Of a stretch of 64,000 nucleotides of DNA, positions 37,623 to 49,289 are shown piece by piece (positions within the stretch are counted from its first letter, which is position 1; each line of letters begins with the position of its first letter). The notes under the pieces were generated by a model, which worked only from the letters and a program-made list of their open reading frames with translations, did not search any database and was not told the origin of the DNA. The translations under genes were made by a program, and so were the position numbers. The stretch is from assembly GCA_046290225.1 (NCBI GenBank), contig JBKAGE010000075.1, positions 224,001-288,000 on the forward strand, written 5' to 3'. The DNA comes from Bradymonadia bacterium. Its GTDB lineage: Bacteria; Myxococcota_A; Bradymonadia; UBA7976; UBA1532.

Positions 37623-38198
37623 GTGGCTGGCGGCAACCTCGGAGGGGGCGGTGACGACGAAGGCATCGTCGGCATCAACGTGACCCCGCTCGTCGACATC
37701 ATGCTGGTGCTGCTCATCATCTTCATGGTGACCGCCACCTACATCGTGAAGCCCGCCATCGAGGTGGATCTGCCCAGCGCAGCCTCTGGCGGCGAGACGG
37801 TGGACACGACCATCTCCATCGTCGTGGGCAAGAACGGCGAGCTGTTCCTCGACGGTGAGCCCGTCGACGAGGCGGCCATCGCGGAGCGCTGCCGCGAGAA
37901 GTCGAAGAAGAACCCCCAGATTCAGGCCATCGTCGCCGCCGACAGCAAGTCGCTCCACGGCGGGGTGATCCGCATCATCGACATCATCCGGTTGAATGGC
38001 GTCACCAAGTTCGCGTTCAACATCAACCCCGCAGCGGTCTCCGACATCCGCCCGGTGGATGATCCGAACCTCCCGGCGCCGCCCCCCACCGAGGGCGGCG
38101 AGACGGGGTATGAAGATCCTGGCGCGCCGCCGCCCGTTGATGCACCTGAGGCCCCCGGTGGGGCCGCGCCCGAACCTTCACCGGAGGCGAACCCCTGA
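37623..38198 (+). CDS. ExbD/TolR family protein with Pro-rich tail
   Basis: INVTPLVDIMLVLLIIFMVT...VDLP.A...ADSK..HG.V..IID...G. Confidence 0.93.
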   Translation: MAGGNLGGGGDDEGIVGINVTPLVDIMLVLLIIFMVTATYIVKPAIEVDLPSAASGGETVDTTISIVVGKNGELFLDGEPVDEAAIAERCREKSKKNPQIQAIVAADSKSLHGGVIRIIDIIRLNGVTKFAFNINPAAVSDIRPVDDPNLPAPPPTEGGETGYEDPGAPPPVDAPEAPGGAAPEPSPEANP

Positions 38199-39064
38199 TG
38201 TTCTCCCTACAGCACGAGCCCGAGAAGAGATCCCGTCCGATGATCCTCGCTGGCGCGGCGGTCATCGCCCTGGTGATCCAGGGCGGCGGGCTGTGGGCGG
38301 CCAATCAGTACGAGGCGCCCAAGAAGGTGAAGCCCGTCAAGATCGAGTTCGAGCTGGTGAACAAGGCGCCTCCGCCCAAGAAGGAGAAGCCCAAGAAGGT
38401 CGAGGTGGAGAAGCCCAAGCCGAAGCCGCCAGAGCCTCCTAAGCCACCCGAGCCGCCGAAGCCGCCACCAAAGAAGGAAAAGCCGAAGCCCAAGAAGGTT
38501 AAAAAGAAGCGCGTCAAGAAGCGCAACAAGCCCAAGCCGAAGCCACCATCTGATCCCATCGACGTGCCGCCAGAGCCGCCGAAGCCGACGCCTGCGGAGC
38601 CGCCAAAGGCGGTTCAGGGTATGAGCAAGGACAGCGTGTTGAAGAACGGGAATGGGCCCAAGTTCAAGATGGGCAACACCCGTATGGCGGCTGACGATGG
38701 CTCGAAGGCCCTGGGCAAGCCCGTGGACCAGCTCGCGCCCCGAGCATACGAGCCTCCGGAGCCCGAGAGCGAGGAGCCGGCCCGCAAGGCGGTGGTGAAA
38801 CAGGCCAAGGCGATCAAGACGGTAGAGCCGAAGTACACCAAGGCCGCTGAGGCCGCCGGTGTGGAGGGCAAGGTGATCTTGCGGGTCTTCATCAACGAGA
38901 AGGGCAAGGTCTACAAGATCAAGCGCATCGGGAAGAAGATCGGCTTTGGCCTCGATGAGGAGATCATCAAGGCCCTGAAGCAATGGCGCTTCTCTCCCAA
39001 GACTGTTGATGGCAAGCCGGTCAAGAGCAGCAAGAAGCAGACGTTCGTTTTCCGCCTGCCCTGA
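38198..39064 (+). CDS. tonB: TonB family energy transducer
   Basis: N-terminal TM, Lys/Pro-rich spacer, and P.YT..A..AGVEGKV.L...I...G.V...GFGLDE....ALKQWRFSP...DGKPV. Confidence 0.9.
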   Translation: MFSLQHEPEKRSRPMILAGAAVIALVIQGGGLWAANQYEAPKKVKPVKIEFELVNKAPPPKKEKPKKVEVEKPKPKPPEPPKPPEPPKPPPKKEKPKPKKVKKKRVKKRNKPKPKPPSDPIDVPPEPPKPTPAEPPKAVQGMSKDSVLKNGNGPKFKMGNTRMAADDGSKALGKPVDQLAPRAYEPPEPESEEPARKAVVKQAKAIKTVEPKYTKAAEAAGVEGKVILRVFINEKGKVYKIKRIGKKIGFGLDEEIIKALKQWRFSPKTVDGKPVKSSKKQTFVFRLP

Positions 39065-39129
39065 GAGTCTCCACACCTTCTGCTTTAAAAATCTGCGATT
39101 GATTTTTGCGCCCAACTGTATGGGAGGGC

Positions 39130-40746
39130 GTGAATGCATTTTCCACCAGCCTGATCTGCCTTGCCCTCCTCGCGGGCCCTGCCTGGGGGCAGCTCGATCA
39201 CTCGACCTCCTATTGGGCACAGGTGTTCGAGGGGCCACTGGGCCCTGTCGTTGCGCTCGCGAGTGGTCCCGACGACACACTCTTTGCCGCCTCCGAAGGT
39301 GCGTTGTGGCAAGGGCCGAGTCCCTGGCGCGTCGTGTGTCGCTACGCACCTGCGCTCACCGCACACCCGCATGGGATAGAAGCCTCAGGTGGGCCGAGGG
39401 CCGCCATCGAAGCCAAAGTTGTCGAAGATGTCACTCTGGCCCTCGCCAGCGCCGGGATCAGCGTTGCTGATCTGAGCCAGAGCGAGCCCTTCGTGGCGCG
39501 CTACGTTGCCGAGCCCTCACCACGCCTCGACAGCCCCTATGCCGTCGTGGCCATCGACGCTACTGGACCATGGGTGCATACGGGCGCGGGGGCTGTGTGG
39601 TGTGGCACCGGTACACCACCCGACTACACACCGTGGCCGGGGGAAATCGCCGATGGGGACTGGTGGTGGCGCCTCGAGGGGCAAAGCCTCGAAGCGATCC
39701 AGGTGATTTCGGGACGCAGGCGAGCACCTCAGCTATGGCGAACGCCGGAGCCGGTCACTCAAATGGTGTGGGGTGGAGGAAGGCTGTGGGTCGCGGGGCG
39801 CGGTCTGTATGCCTTGCGCAAAGGCGAGTGGGTGTCTTGTCCGCTGCCTTCACTCGAAGAAGGTCGCCTGGTGGGTCACGCCGCCGGGGTGATGTGGCAG
39901 ACATCGGAGAGCATCCTCTCCATTGATCGTCATTGTCGTAAGACACAACGTGTACCCACCATCTCCGAGAGGCCGATGCCTCTGGCCGTCGCCGGTCGCA
40001 GCATGTGGGTTGCAGGGGAGACAGGGCTCTTTCAGCGGGCGCGCCGGCTCCACTTCACGGAATCAGATGTAGAACAATGGCGCCGAGCCGTCGCTTCGAG
40101 CGCACTTCAGCGTCCGCTGCCCAGAGAGGCGCACAACTTCGATGGCATCACAGCCCGGTGGCGATGGCGACAAGTCATGCCCGAGGTAGGGGCCTTCCTC
40201 AGCGCCGCTCAAGGCAAAGGATGGCCAGAGGAGGTCATTCAACGCGAGCGTGCGTGGTCGGTGACGTTCAGCTGGCCTCTGAGCTGGGCGCCACCCTCAG
40301 CGCTGATCACCGAGCGGCTGAACTGGGACGAGCACCAACGTCGTCGGCGCCATCTACGGCTCCAGCTTCGCCGTCGGCTGCGGACGTTGCTGCGTCGCCG
40401 CTGGTTGCCCGCCCCCGAAAAGCCTCAATCCCGCCTGTCTCTCGACCTTCGAATCACAGCCACTGAGTACGCCCTCGCCGCCCTCGATGACGAGGGAGAG
40501 GGTGTGCCCCTCACCACAGGAGCACCACATGCGTTGTCCGCCGACCCTTCTCAAGCTGCCCATCTGTCTCGGCCTCCTGCAGCCCGCCCACGGCGCGCCG
40601 CCAGAGGCCCCACCGCTCCCGCAGCTGATCGCGCGGGCCCTGAGCGTGCAGCGCCTTCAGCCCCAACACCTTCAACAGTCCCTGAGCCGGGCCCGGTGGG
40701 GCACCGCCACGCCCGAGATCACCCTGAGGGCCACGTGGGGCGATGA
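39130..40746 (+). CDS. Secreted protein: beta-propeller-like N-terminus plus half OEP/TolC-like repeat (3' end doubtful)
   Basis: GTG start after GGGAGG; signal peptide; W-rich beta repeats; C-terminal RWRQVMPEV...WSVTFSWPL. The last ~70 codons overlap the next gene. Confidence 0.55.
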   Translation: MNAFSTSLICLALLAGPAWGQLDHSTSYWAQVFEGPLGPVVALASGPDDTLFAASEGALWQGPSPWRVVCRYAPALTAHPHGIEASGGPRAAIEAKVVEDVTLALASAGISVADLSQSEPFVARYVAEPSPRLDSPYAVVAIDATGPWVHTGAGAVWCGTGTPPDYTPWPGEIADGDWWWRLEGQSLEAIQVISGRRRAPQLWRTPEPVTQMVWGGGRLWVAGRGLYALRKGEWVSCPLPSLEEGRLVGHAAGVMWQTSESILSIDRHCRKTQRVPTISERPMPLAVAGRSMWVAGETGLFQRARRLHFTESDVEQWRRAVASSALQRPLPREAHNFDGITARWRWRQVMPEVGAFLSAAQGKGWPEEVIQRERAWSVTFSWPLSWAPPSALITERLNWDEHQRRRRHLRLQLRRRLRTLLRRRWLPAPEKPQSRLSLDLRITATEYALAALDDEGEGVPLTTGAPHALSADPSQAAHLSRPPAARPRRAARGPTAPAADRAGPERAAPSAPTPSTVPEPGPVGHRHARDHPEGHVGR

Positions 40747-41086
40747 AGATGACCTGCGCAGCGTCACCCGATTCCAGAGCGCAGCCCCCGAGCCGGTCTC
40801 GTACACGTACGCCCGAGATGATGGGTTCGAGTTCAGAGCCGAAGCGCGGTGGCGCCCCGGAGGTTTGATCTACAGCGATCAAGAGACCCAGCTCATCAGA
40901 GAGCGGCGGCTCATCGGCGCGCGCCGAGATGCTGTGATCACAGAGGTGACGCGCCTCTGGATCCGGCGAGAGCAGTCACGTGTGGCCTGGCAGAGCGCCG
41001 AGCCTGCTCAGCGACAGCGCATCGAGGTGGAGATCGAGGCCCTCGACGCTCAACTGCAGGCGCTTGCCGGGGAGGAGGCCCGATGA
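40529..41086 (+). CDS. Secreted single-repeat OEP/TolC-like protein
   Basis: AGGAG SD; signal peptide; LPQLIARAL...ARW..TPEITLRA...FEFRAEARW...EVTRLW...IEALDAQLQALAG. Confidence 0.6.
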   Translation: MRCPPTLLKLPICLGLLQPAHGAPPEAPPLPQLIARALSVQRLQPQHLQQSLSRARWGTATPEITLRATWGDEDDLRSVTRFQSAAPEPVSYTYARDDGFEFRAEARWRPGGLIYSDQETQLIRERRLIGARRDAVITEVTRLWIRREQSRVAWQSAEPAQRQRIEVEIEALDAQLQALAGEEAR

Positions 41087-42414
41087 AGATGCTCATGCTT
41101 GCGTGCGCCCTGAGCATGTTCGGAGCTGGATGCTCGACGGCGTGCCCTGTCGGTGCGCCCTGTGAGCGCACGTGCTCCACAGAAGAGATCGCGCTGTGTA
41201 GCCTCGACGAGGTGTGCATCTGCGCGCCCATGCTCACACCTGACGAGTTGAACCTCGAGCCGCCCACCGCCATTGGTGAGCAGGCTGGCTCAAAGGCACA
41301 AGACAGCGCATGCGCTGAGGCTGTACCCGGCACTTTGAGGATCAGCGAGGTCATGATCGACGCCCCGACCCCAGAGGCGGAGCACGAGTTCGTGGAGATC
41401 GTGAACCTGACCGATGCGCCCGTGCGATTGTCGGGCGTTCAGCTACTGGCGCTCCGAGGGCAGTCGCTCAAGCCCAGGGTCAGCTTCTCTTCAGGGTGCC
41501 TGCCGAGCCGGGGTGCCGTGGCGCTGTACGCCGACCAGACACGTTGGCGATGGGATCCTGCCCCCGAGTCCGTTGTGGGGGCCGCGACAACACAGTTTGC
41601 CTTCAGCAATCAGGCCGACTTTCACTTTGAGTTGCAGAGCCCGAGCGGGATCACCCTCGACCAGCTCAAGGGCCCAGGCAGCACCATTCCCGAAGAATCC
41701 AGCATCGTGAGGTATCCCGATCTCGAAGGCAGCGCTCTGGCCATTCATCATCGAGTGGCGCCGGAGGGGGAAGCCAGCTCTCCTGGTGTCTGCACTGAAG
41801 GTACACGGTTCGTAGATGGATGCCCCCAGAGGGGGGAAGAGGCCCGATCCGGGTCGGAAGAGCCCGAACCGGAGAGCGACGCAGAGCCCGCTTCACAGGC
41901 CGTCGATCCCCCGATTTGCCGATCGCCCGAGGTTCAGGAATTGGCGATCAATGAGATCTTGATCGATGGTGAAAGCCCGGACGACGAGCACGAGTTCGTC
42001 GAGATCATCAATCGAACCGGCACCCCTTTGAACCTCGCCGGGCTCACCATCGTGGGCAATCGAGGCGCGCTGTGGGTGGATCGGGTGGTCTTCGAAAGCG
42101 GGTGTTTGCCTGCCTTCGCAGGGGTAGCGATCTTCAAAAACGAGGTCCGGACATCGACAGCTGTCGAGGATCTCGAGATCAGCACTCGCCGGTTCGGCAT
42201 CAACAACGACGCGCCCTTCGAGTTCAAACTCGTCGACCCCCAGGGCGTTGTCATCGACCAGGCCTCCGGCCCTGGCGACTTGGATGAGGAGGGGGTGAGC
42301 CTCACGTGGGGTGCTGATGGTTTTGTCGATCATCTACACGCCACTGAGGGTGCGCGGCCCAGCTCGCCTGGCACGTGCGCTGACGGCTCACCTCGCTTCG
42401 AAGGGTGTCGTTGA
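41083..42414 (+). CDS. Lipoprotein with two lamin-tail (LTD) domains
   Basis: ATGA-coupled start; lipobox GAGC; Cys-rich N-terminus; two repeats of I(S/N)E(V/I)(M/L)ID....EHEFVEI(V/I)N.T..P..L.G...SSPG.C. Confidence 0.8.
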   Translation: MKMLMLACALSMFGAGCSTACPVGAPCERTCSTEEIALCSLDEVCICAPMLTPDELNLEPPTAIGEQAGSKAQDSACAEAVPGTLRISEVMIDAPTPEAEHEFVEIVNLTDAPVRLSGVQLLALRGQSLKPRVSFSSGCLPSRGAVALYADQTRWRWDPAPESVVGAATTQFAFSNQADFHFELQSPSGITLDQLKGPGSTIPEESSIVRYPDLEGSALAIHHRVAPEGEASSPGVCTEGTRFVDGCPQRGEEARSGSEEPEPESDAEPASQAVDPPICRSPEVQELAINEILIDGESPDDEHEFVEIINRTGTPLNLAGLTIVGNRGALWVDRVVFESGCLPAFAGVAIFKNEVRTSTAVEDLEISTRRFGINNDAPFEFKLVDPQGVVIDQASGPGDLDEEGVSLTWGADGFVDHLHATEGARPSSPGTCADGSPRFEGCR

Positions 42415-42657
42415 ACGTGAGCATCTCCTCCCCGACGTCGGGCATCTCTACCAAGGGTGGAGTGTACACTCGTCGTGTTCTCTCACAGAGAGGCCCGAAA
42501 ACTTCGGTGAGAGGCGCTGACGACACCACATCTGGCGAAGTCTGGCGTTGTCAGACCAGTACACTCCAGAGTTTCAACGGTGAGTCGACTGATGTGTCTG
42601 CGTGACGTATACGTCTGCCCGAGGGCCCGTGGAGCGGGCTGCGGATCGTCGGCCCGG

Positions 42658-42687
42658 TTGACACTCAGGCCTGTCGATCTCTATAAG
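42658..42687 (+). promoter_or_regulatory. Sigma70-like promoter upstream of ParA-like gene
   Basis: TTGACA-N18-TATAAG, with a 12-bp palindrome GACGTATACGTC at 42604-42615 upstream. Confidence 0.45.
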
Positions 42688-42737
42688 CGAAGTCTGGACA
42701 GGTGCATGTCACATCTGACCGAAAGCAGGGGTCCTTC

Positions 42738-43811
42738 ATGGTGACCAAGCTGTTACATGAGTGCTCCATCTGTGGCACCCGCTTTGCCCCGCGGTTTGCC
42801 TATCAGATTCAGAAGACCTCCGAGGGTGAGATCTACATCTGCTCTCAGGGGTGTCATGAGCGCTACCTCTTCGCTGCCCAGCAGAAAACCTGCGATGTGT
42901 GCAGCACCCGCTTCGTGCCGCAGTTTGCATACCAGCAAGCGGTCATCGACGGCGACACCCGCCACTACTGCTCCCAGCCGTGTCGAGACAACGACATGCA
43001 GGCCCGCAACCCCAAGGGGCTGGGCCATCGCATCGCTGTGCTCAACCAGAAGGGGGGCACCGGCAAGACCACCACCAGCGTGAACCTCGCCGCGGGCCTC
43101 GCCGAGAAGGGGTTCAAGACGCTGCTCGTCGACATGGACGTGCAGGGCAACGTCGCCGTGTCGTTGGGGTTGAGATCTCAGCTCACCCTGTATCACGTAC
43201 TCGCTGAAGGGGTGCATCCCAACGACTGCGTGGTGAAGGTCAACGACAACCTCGACGCCATCGTAAGCGACAACAACCTCGCCAAGGCGGAGTTCGGGCT
43301 GGTCAATCAGCGCAACCGCGACATGCACTTGTCCCAGGCGATGAAGAGCATGACCCAGTATGACTTCATCATCCTGGACTGCGGCCCGAGCTTGTCGATG
43401 CTCAACCAGAACGCTCTGGCGTTCTCGGAGCACATTCTTATCCCGGTGTCGTGCGACTACCTCTCTCTCGTAGGGGTGAAGCAGATCCTGCGTACTCTGA
43501 AGCGGCTCAATCAGAGCCTGCTCAAGCCAGTGAACATCCTGGGGGTGGTGCCCACCTTCTTCGACGTGCGCACCAAGGTCTCCCTCGACTCGGTGAAGAC
43601 GCTCCGGGCGTACTTCAACGATCGGGTGTTGCCGCCCATCCGCGTGAACACGCGCCTCAAAGAGGCCCCGAGCCAGCGCAAGACCATCTTCGAGTACGAT
43701 CCGGACTGCAACGGTGCTGTGGACTACCACCGCCTCGTAGATCGAGTGGTGGAGCTGTGCAGCCTGCCCCCATCGGAGGCGCCCGCCCCCGACATGGCCA
43801 ACTTCGGCTAA
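42738..43811 (+). CDS. ParA/Soj-family ATPase with two N-terminal TRASH-like Cys fingers
   Basis: CSICG..F...YICSQGC and CDVCS..F...HYCSQPC, then NQKGGTGKTTT, DMDVQGN, DCGPSL and L.EAPS. Confidence 0.88.
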   Translation: MVTKLLHECSICGTRFAPRFAYQIQKTSEGEIYICSQGCHERYLFAAQQKTCDVCSTRFVPQFAYQQAVIDGDTRHYCSQPCRDNDMQARNPKGLGHRIAVLNQKGGTGKTTTSVNLAAGLAEKGFKTLLVDMDVQGNVAVSLGLRSQLTLYHVLAEGVHPNDCVVKVNDNLDAIVSDNNLAKAEFGLVNQRNRDMHLSQAMKSMTQYDFIILDCGPSLSMLNQNALAFSEHILIPVSCDYLSLVGVKQILRTLKRLNQSLLKPVNILGVVPTFFDVRTKVSLDSVKTLRAYFNDRVLPPIRVNTRLKEAPSQRKTIFEYDPDCNGAVDYHRLVDRVVELCSLPPSEAPAPDMANFG

Positions 43812-43928
43812 GAGGTCCTCACACAACGGCGGACCTCTCAGAATCTTTCAGCAGCTACATCCCACCAGAAATCTCTGGTGGACTGGTGTCGTGTGGGTGG
43901 ATGCCCCGAGTCGGGTGTAGGGGTACGC

Positions 43929-44255
43929 TCAGCGCGTGCGGGGCTTGGGCATGGGGAAGAAGAGCGACTCTTCAAGGACGAGCTCGGCCTCGACCCCCCG
44001 CATCTCGAGAACCAGCCCCTCGTCGAGGGTCTCGCCGCTGTTCATCATCTGCCCGAGACGTTCGCCCAGGCCCATGTAGCGTTCGACGCTGTTTTCAAAC
44101 TGCGCTTCGGTCATACGGGGCACGAGGCGGTTACGGAACCGCCCATATTGCCCGGGCTTCATCTCGCCGACGAGGCGCGTGAAGCGTTCGATGTAAGTGG
44201 AGTACTGCTTGGCATCTTCAGTGGTCATCAACACCACGCCCGGTCTGTTGAACAT
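43929..44255 (-). CDS. Hypothetical protein (start uncertain)
   Basis: 108-aa ORF with protein-like composition filling the gap between ParA and TolC genes. Confidence 0.55.
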   Translation of the reverse strand: MFNRPGVVLMTTEDAKQYSTYIERFTRLVGEMKPGQYGRFRNRLVPRMTEAQFENSVERYMGLGERLGQMMNSGETLDEGLVLEMRGVEAELVLEESLFFPMPKPRTR

Positions 44256-44382
44256 TCAGGAGATCAGGGCGTTGAACGTTACGCGCACCAGGGCGGGTTG
44301 ACAATGGCCATCACCGCTTCTAAGACGTCGTATCCTCTCTAGAGGACCGCCGACGGCCTGCATTCACTGAGGAGCCCACAGC

Positions 44383-45870
44383 ATGACCAGCCCCTGGCGC
44401 AGGCCCCTCTCTCAGATTCCGCTCACCTGGGGTCTGATGGTTTGGGCGGCCCTGGCCGTGCCTTCGACCCCTGCAGAGGCCGAAGAGACCGAGCAACAGG
44501 TTCCGGTGGTCACCCTCGATGGCTTGCTTCGGCGTGCATCGGAACGGAACCCTGTAGTCGACGTCGCCCGGGCTGATCTGGCGAGGTACGAGGCTTTGTT
44601 CGACCGGGCCTACTACGCCTGGACGCCTCGCCTCCGAGTGGAGTCTCTCCTGGCGCCGCTGCCTGAGCGACGTCTGCTCCAGCAGTGCGTGAACGTCGAC
44701 ACCCTCGACCCCAACTCCGGGCTGCCCGTCGTCTCGCCGTGCCCTGGTCAGGACATCGCCGATGACGAGGCGCTCACCGCGGACACCGAGATCGGCATCC
44801 TCACCCGAACCACCGCCCGCCTGACCCTGCCCATCTACACCTTCGGCAAGATCGACTCGGCTCAGCGGGCTGCCCGTGCGGGGATGGAGGTGGGCCGCGC
44901 CGGGGTCCGGGTGGCTCAGAACCGCCTCGGCTTCGAGATCAAGCGGGCGTACTACGGGGCCCAGCTGGCCCACAGCGTGCTCGACATCATCAACGATGGC
45001 CGCAAGCGCCTGAAGAAGGCCAAAGAGCAGACCGAGAAAGAGCTCGACAAAGAGACCGGTAAGTTCACCCGAAACGACCTGCGCCAGCTCATCGTGCAAG
45101 AAGCCACCCTCGAGGCTCGATACCTCGAGACCGAGGCCCTCTCCGGGGTGGCCTGGGAGGGTCTGCGCATCGCTGGTGGCTTCGCCCCTGGGGAAGCCTT
45201 CACCCTCGATCGCATGAAGCTGCTCCCGGTGCAGATCGAAGAGCGGACCCAGGAAGCTTACATCGAGCTGGCGCTGCTCTCCCGACCAGATCTGCAGCTG
45301 GCCCACGCCGGCGCAGAGGCTGAGGCGGGCCGCGTGGGCATGGCCGTGTCCAATCTGTTCCCCGACATCGCCCTTGTCGGCGCCTTCACCTTTGCCAAGG
45401 GCACCTCTGCAGACGACAACCCTGATCCCTTCGCCAACGACCAGTACAACGTGCTGGGGTGGGGGGTCGTGCTGGCGGCGAGCTGGAACATCAACCTCGC
45501 TGATCGCCTCACCAAGGTGCACGAGGCCGAGGCCCGTCGTATGAAGGTCGAAGCCCAGCGAGATGCGTTGCTGATGCAGATCAGGCTTCAGATCGCCGAG
45601 CACCTCGGCCAGGTGAAGCGGTATCAGGGGGCCATGAAGGCCCGCCAGATGGCCCTGAAGGCCTCCAAGGGCTGGCTGGTGTCCAACAGCCTCAACTACG
45701 GCTTGGGGCTCACCAAGACCGACCAGCTGCTTCAGAGCCTGGTGGCCTTCAGCCAGAGCCGGGTGGAGTTCTTCAGCTCGATCTACGAGTACAACCTGGC
45801 AGTGGCCCGCCTCTCACAGGCGGTCGGCACCGAGCTGGCGCTGCCCCCCATCATCGAAGACGACGAGTGA
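44383..45870 (+). CDS. TolC family outer membrane protein
   Basis: TLDGLLRRASERNP, LPIYTFGK, IKRAYY, AL..RPDL, FPDIAL and YEYNLAVARLSQAVG: two OEP repeats. Confidence 0.88.
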   Translation: MTSPWRRPLSQIPLTWGLMVWAALAVPSTPAEAEETEQQVPVVTLDGLLRRASERNPVVDVARADLARYEALFDRAYYAWTPRLRVESLLAPLPERRLLQQCVNVDTLDPNSGLPVVSPCPGQDIADDEALTADTEIGILTRTTARLTLPIYTFGKIDSAQRAARAGMEVGRAGVRVAQNRLGFEIKRAYYGAQLAHSVLDIINDGRKRLKKAKEQTEKELDKETGKFTRNDLRQLIVQEATLEARYLETEALSGVAWEGLRIAGGFAPGEAFTLDRMKLLPVQIEERTQEAYIELALLSRPDLQLAHAGAEAEAGRVGMAVSNLFPDIALVGAFTFAKGTSADDNPDPFANDQYNVLGWGVVLAASWNINLADRLTKVHEAEARRMKVEAQRDALLMQIRLQIAEHLGQVKRYQGAMKARQMALKASKGWLVSNSLNYGLGLTKTDQLLQSLVAFSQSRVEFFSSIYEYNLAVARLSQAVGTELALPPIIEDDE

Positions 45871-45979
45871 GCGCACCCGAATGTGCCCGGAGTGGGCAAA
45901 TCTACGGGCCCTGGTGCGCTGAATAGGCCCCGATAGGGGTCGTCTCACCGCCCGAACACGCATTGAAGGAGAGAGGACC

Positions 45980-46642
45980 ATGAACAAGACTTCACGCATC
46001 GCGATGACCGTGTGTGCCAGCCTCATCTGGATGGCCGGTGTGGCCCAGGCTCGCCCCCCGCGGCCCACGAAGTACGTGAAGCAGCAGGTGACCGCCGTGC
46101 GCACCCTGCTCAAGATCAAGCCCGCCACCCCCGCCGAGGGTGTGGAGCTGGACACCAAGCTCAAGGCCGTGGTGTCCCCGGTCATCGACTTCAAGGGCAT
46201 GAGCAAGCGTGCTCTGCGCAAGCACTGGGATGGCCTGAACGAAGAGCAGCGCAGCACCTTCGTCACCCTGTTCCAGGATCTGGTCTTCGAGAGCTACTTG
46301 AGCCAGGTGCGCTCTGCCGACGAGCAGTACACCATCAAGTACGAAGACGAAGAGGAGAAGGGCGACAAGGGCGAGGTCACCGCCATCGCCAAGACCGCCA
46401 AGGCCGAGGTGGAGCTGGTCTTCAAGCTCGACGCCAAAGACGGCAAAACCTGGGTGACCCGCGACGTGGTCATCGACGAGGTGAGCCTCGAAGAGAACTA
46501 CCGCGAGCAGTTCAACCAGATCATCGCCAAAGACGGCTTCGAAGAGCTGCTGAACAAGATGCGCAAGAAGCTCGACAAGCTGCGTGGCAAGAAGGGCGGC
46601 GCTGCTGCCCCCGAGAAGGCGCCTGAGGCACCCAAGAAGTAA
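45980..46642 (+). CDS. MlaC/Ttg2D-family periplasmic binding protein
   Basis: Signal peptide; IDFKGMSKRALRKHW......QR..FV.LF, W...DVVIDEVSL..NYREQFNQII.KDGFE.LL..M. Confidence 0.88.
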   Translation: MNKTSRIAMTVCASLIWMAGVAQARPPRPTKYVKQQVTAVRTLLKIKPATPAEGVELDTKLKAVVSPVIDFKGMSKRALRKHWDGLNEEQRSTFVTLFQDLVFESYLSQVRSADEQYTIKYEDEEEKGDKGEVTAIAKTAKAEVELVFKLDAKDGKTWVTRDVVIDEVSLEENYREQFNQIIAKDGFEELLNKMRKKLDKLRGKKGGAAAPEKAPEAPKK

Positions 46643-46702
46643 GCAGCGCTTCAGAGCGCTCATCCCCCCTAACAGGGTCGCGCTCTGCGATCCTCGACCT
46701 GC

Positions 46703-47449
46703 CTACTGCACCACCCAAGAGACCAGCGCGCCGAGGACCATGGCCACCACCACGGCGCCGGCGTAGAGCATCCAGTGGGGCATGGGGCGCTTGCGCGAAC
46801 TCTTGCCCCGCACGTCGAGCAACATGCACTCCACATTGCCGAACTGCACCCGATCACCATGCCAGACCTTGGCTGTGGAGAGCGGGCGATCGTTGAGCAT
46901 GGTGCCATTGCTCGACTTGAGATCGTTCAGGGTGTAGCCACCGTCTTCCAGGCGCTTGAGCCGGGCGTGATGTCGCGAGACCGAGGCGTCGGCCAGGGTG
47001 ACATCGTTCTCGTCGGTGCGGCCGATGCGGGTGACAGGCTCGAAGAGCAGGTGCTCCCGGCCCGCCTGGGGACCGCTCACCACCACCAGCTTCCCGTGGG
47101 CTTGCTCGGGGTGCACGATGGCGGTGCTGATGTTGTCCTGAGAGGGCCGAAGGCCTGCAGGGTTGGGCTCGAGGTAGAGCCGAAAGTCGCCAATGCGCAC
47201 TTGAGTGCTGTCGGTCAGAGGGGCGGGGCCGTCGATCCGGCGCTCATCGACGATGACCCCGTTGGCGCTGCCCATATCGGAGATGTTGGCGCCGCGCTCG
47301 TCCATGAAGAGACGCGCGTGTGAGCGACTGATCATGTCGCTGGCCAACACGATGTCATTGTCGGGTGTGCGGCCCACAGAGAGCTCGCGATCGAGCGCGT
47401 ACTCTCCGATCAGAGCACCGCGGGCGTCCTCGACGACGACGATGTACAT
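46703..47449 (-). CDS. Double FHA-domain protein with C-terminal TM anchor
   Basis: GRTPDND...ISRSHA...D.GSANG and GRTDEND...VSRHHA...DLKSSNG; hydrophobic C-terminus. Confidence 0.88.
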   Translation of the reverse strand: MYIVVVEDARGALIGEYALDRELSVGRTPDNDIVLASDMISRSHARLFMDERGANISDMGSANGVIVDERRIDGPAPLTDSTQVRIGDFRLYLEPNPAGLRPSQDNISTAIVHPEQAHGKLVVVSGPQAGREHLLFEPVTRIGRTDENDVTLADASVSRHHARLKRLEDGGYTLNDLKSSNGTMLNDRPLSTAKVWHGDRVQFGNVECMLLDVRGKSSRKRPMPHWMLYAGAVVVAMVLGALVSWVVQ

Positions 47450-47458
47450 CGTCGTCCT

Positions 47459-49114
<1,656 letters not shown>

Positions 49115-49289
49115 AGGGACTCCCAAATTGTGCATCTGTCGAGCAGTGAACGGAGTTTATCTAGATTCAGGCTCCGGCGGGTGTCAAGAAGTCCTTTGCC
49201 CCATTTGTCTCACCAGGGCGACCCCCTCGACGACTCGGGTCGAGCGCCGGACTGCTGCATGATCGGCCGGGCCCGCAGTGCCCTTGAAC

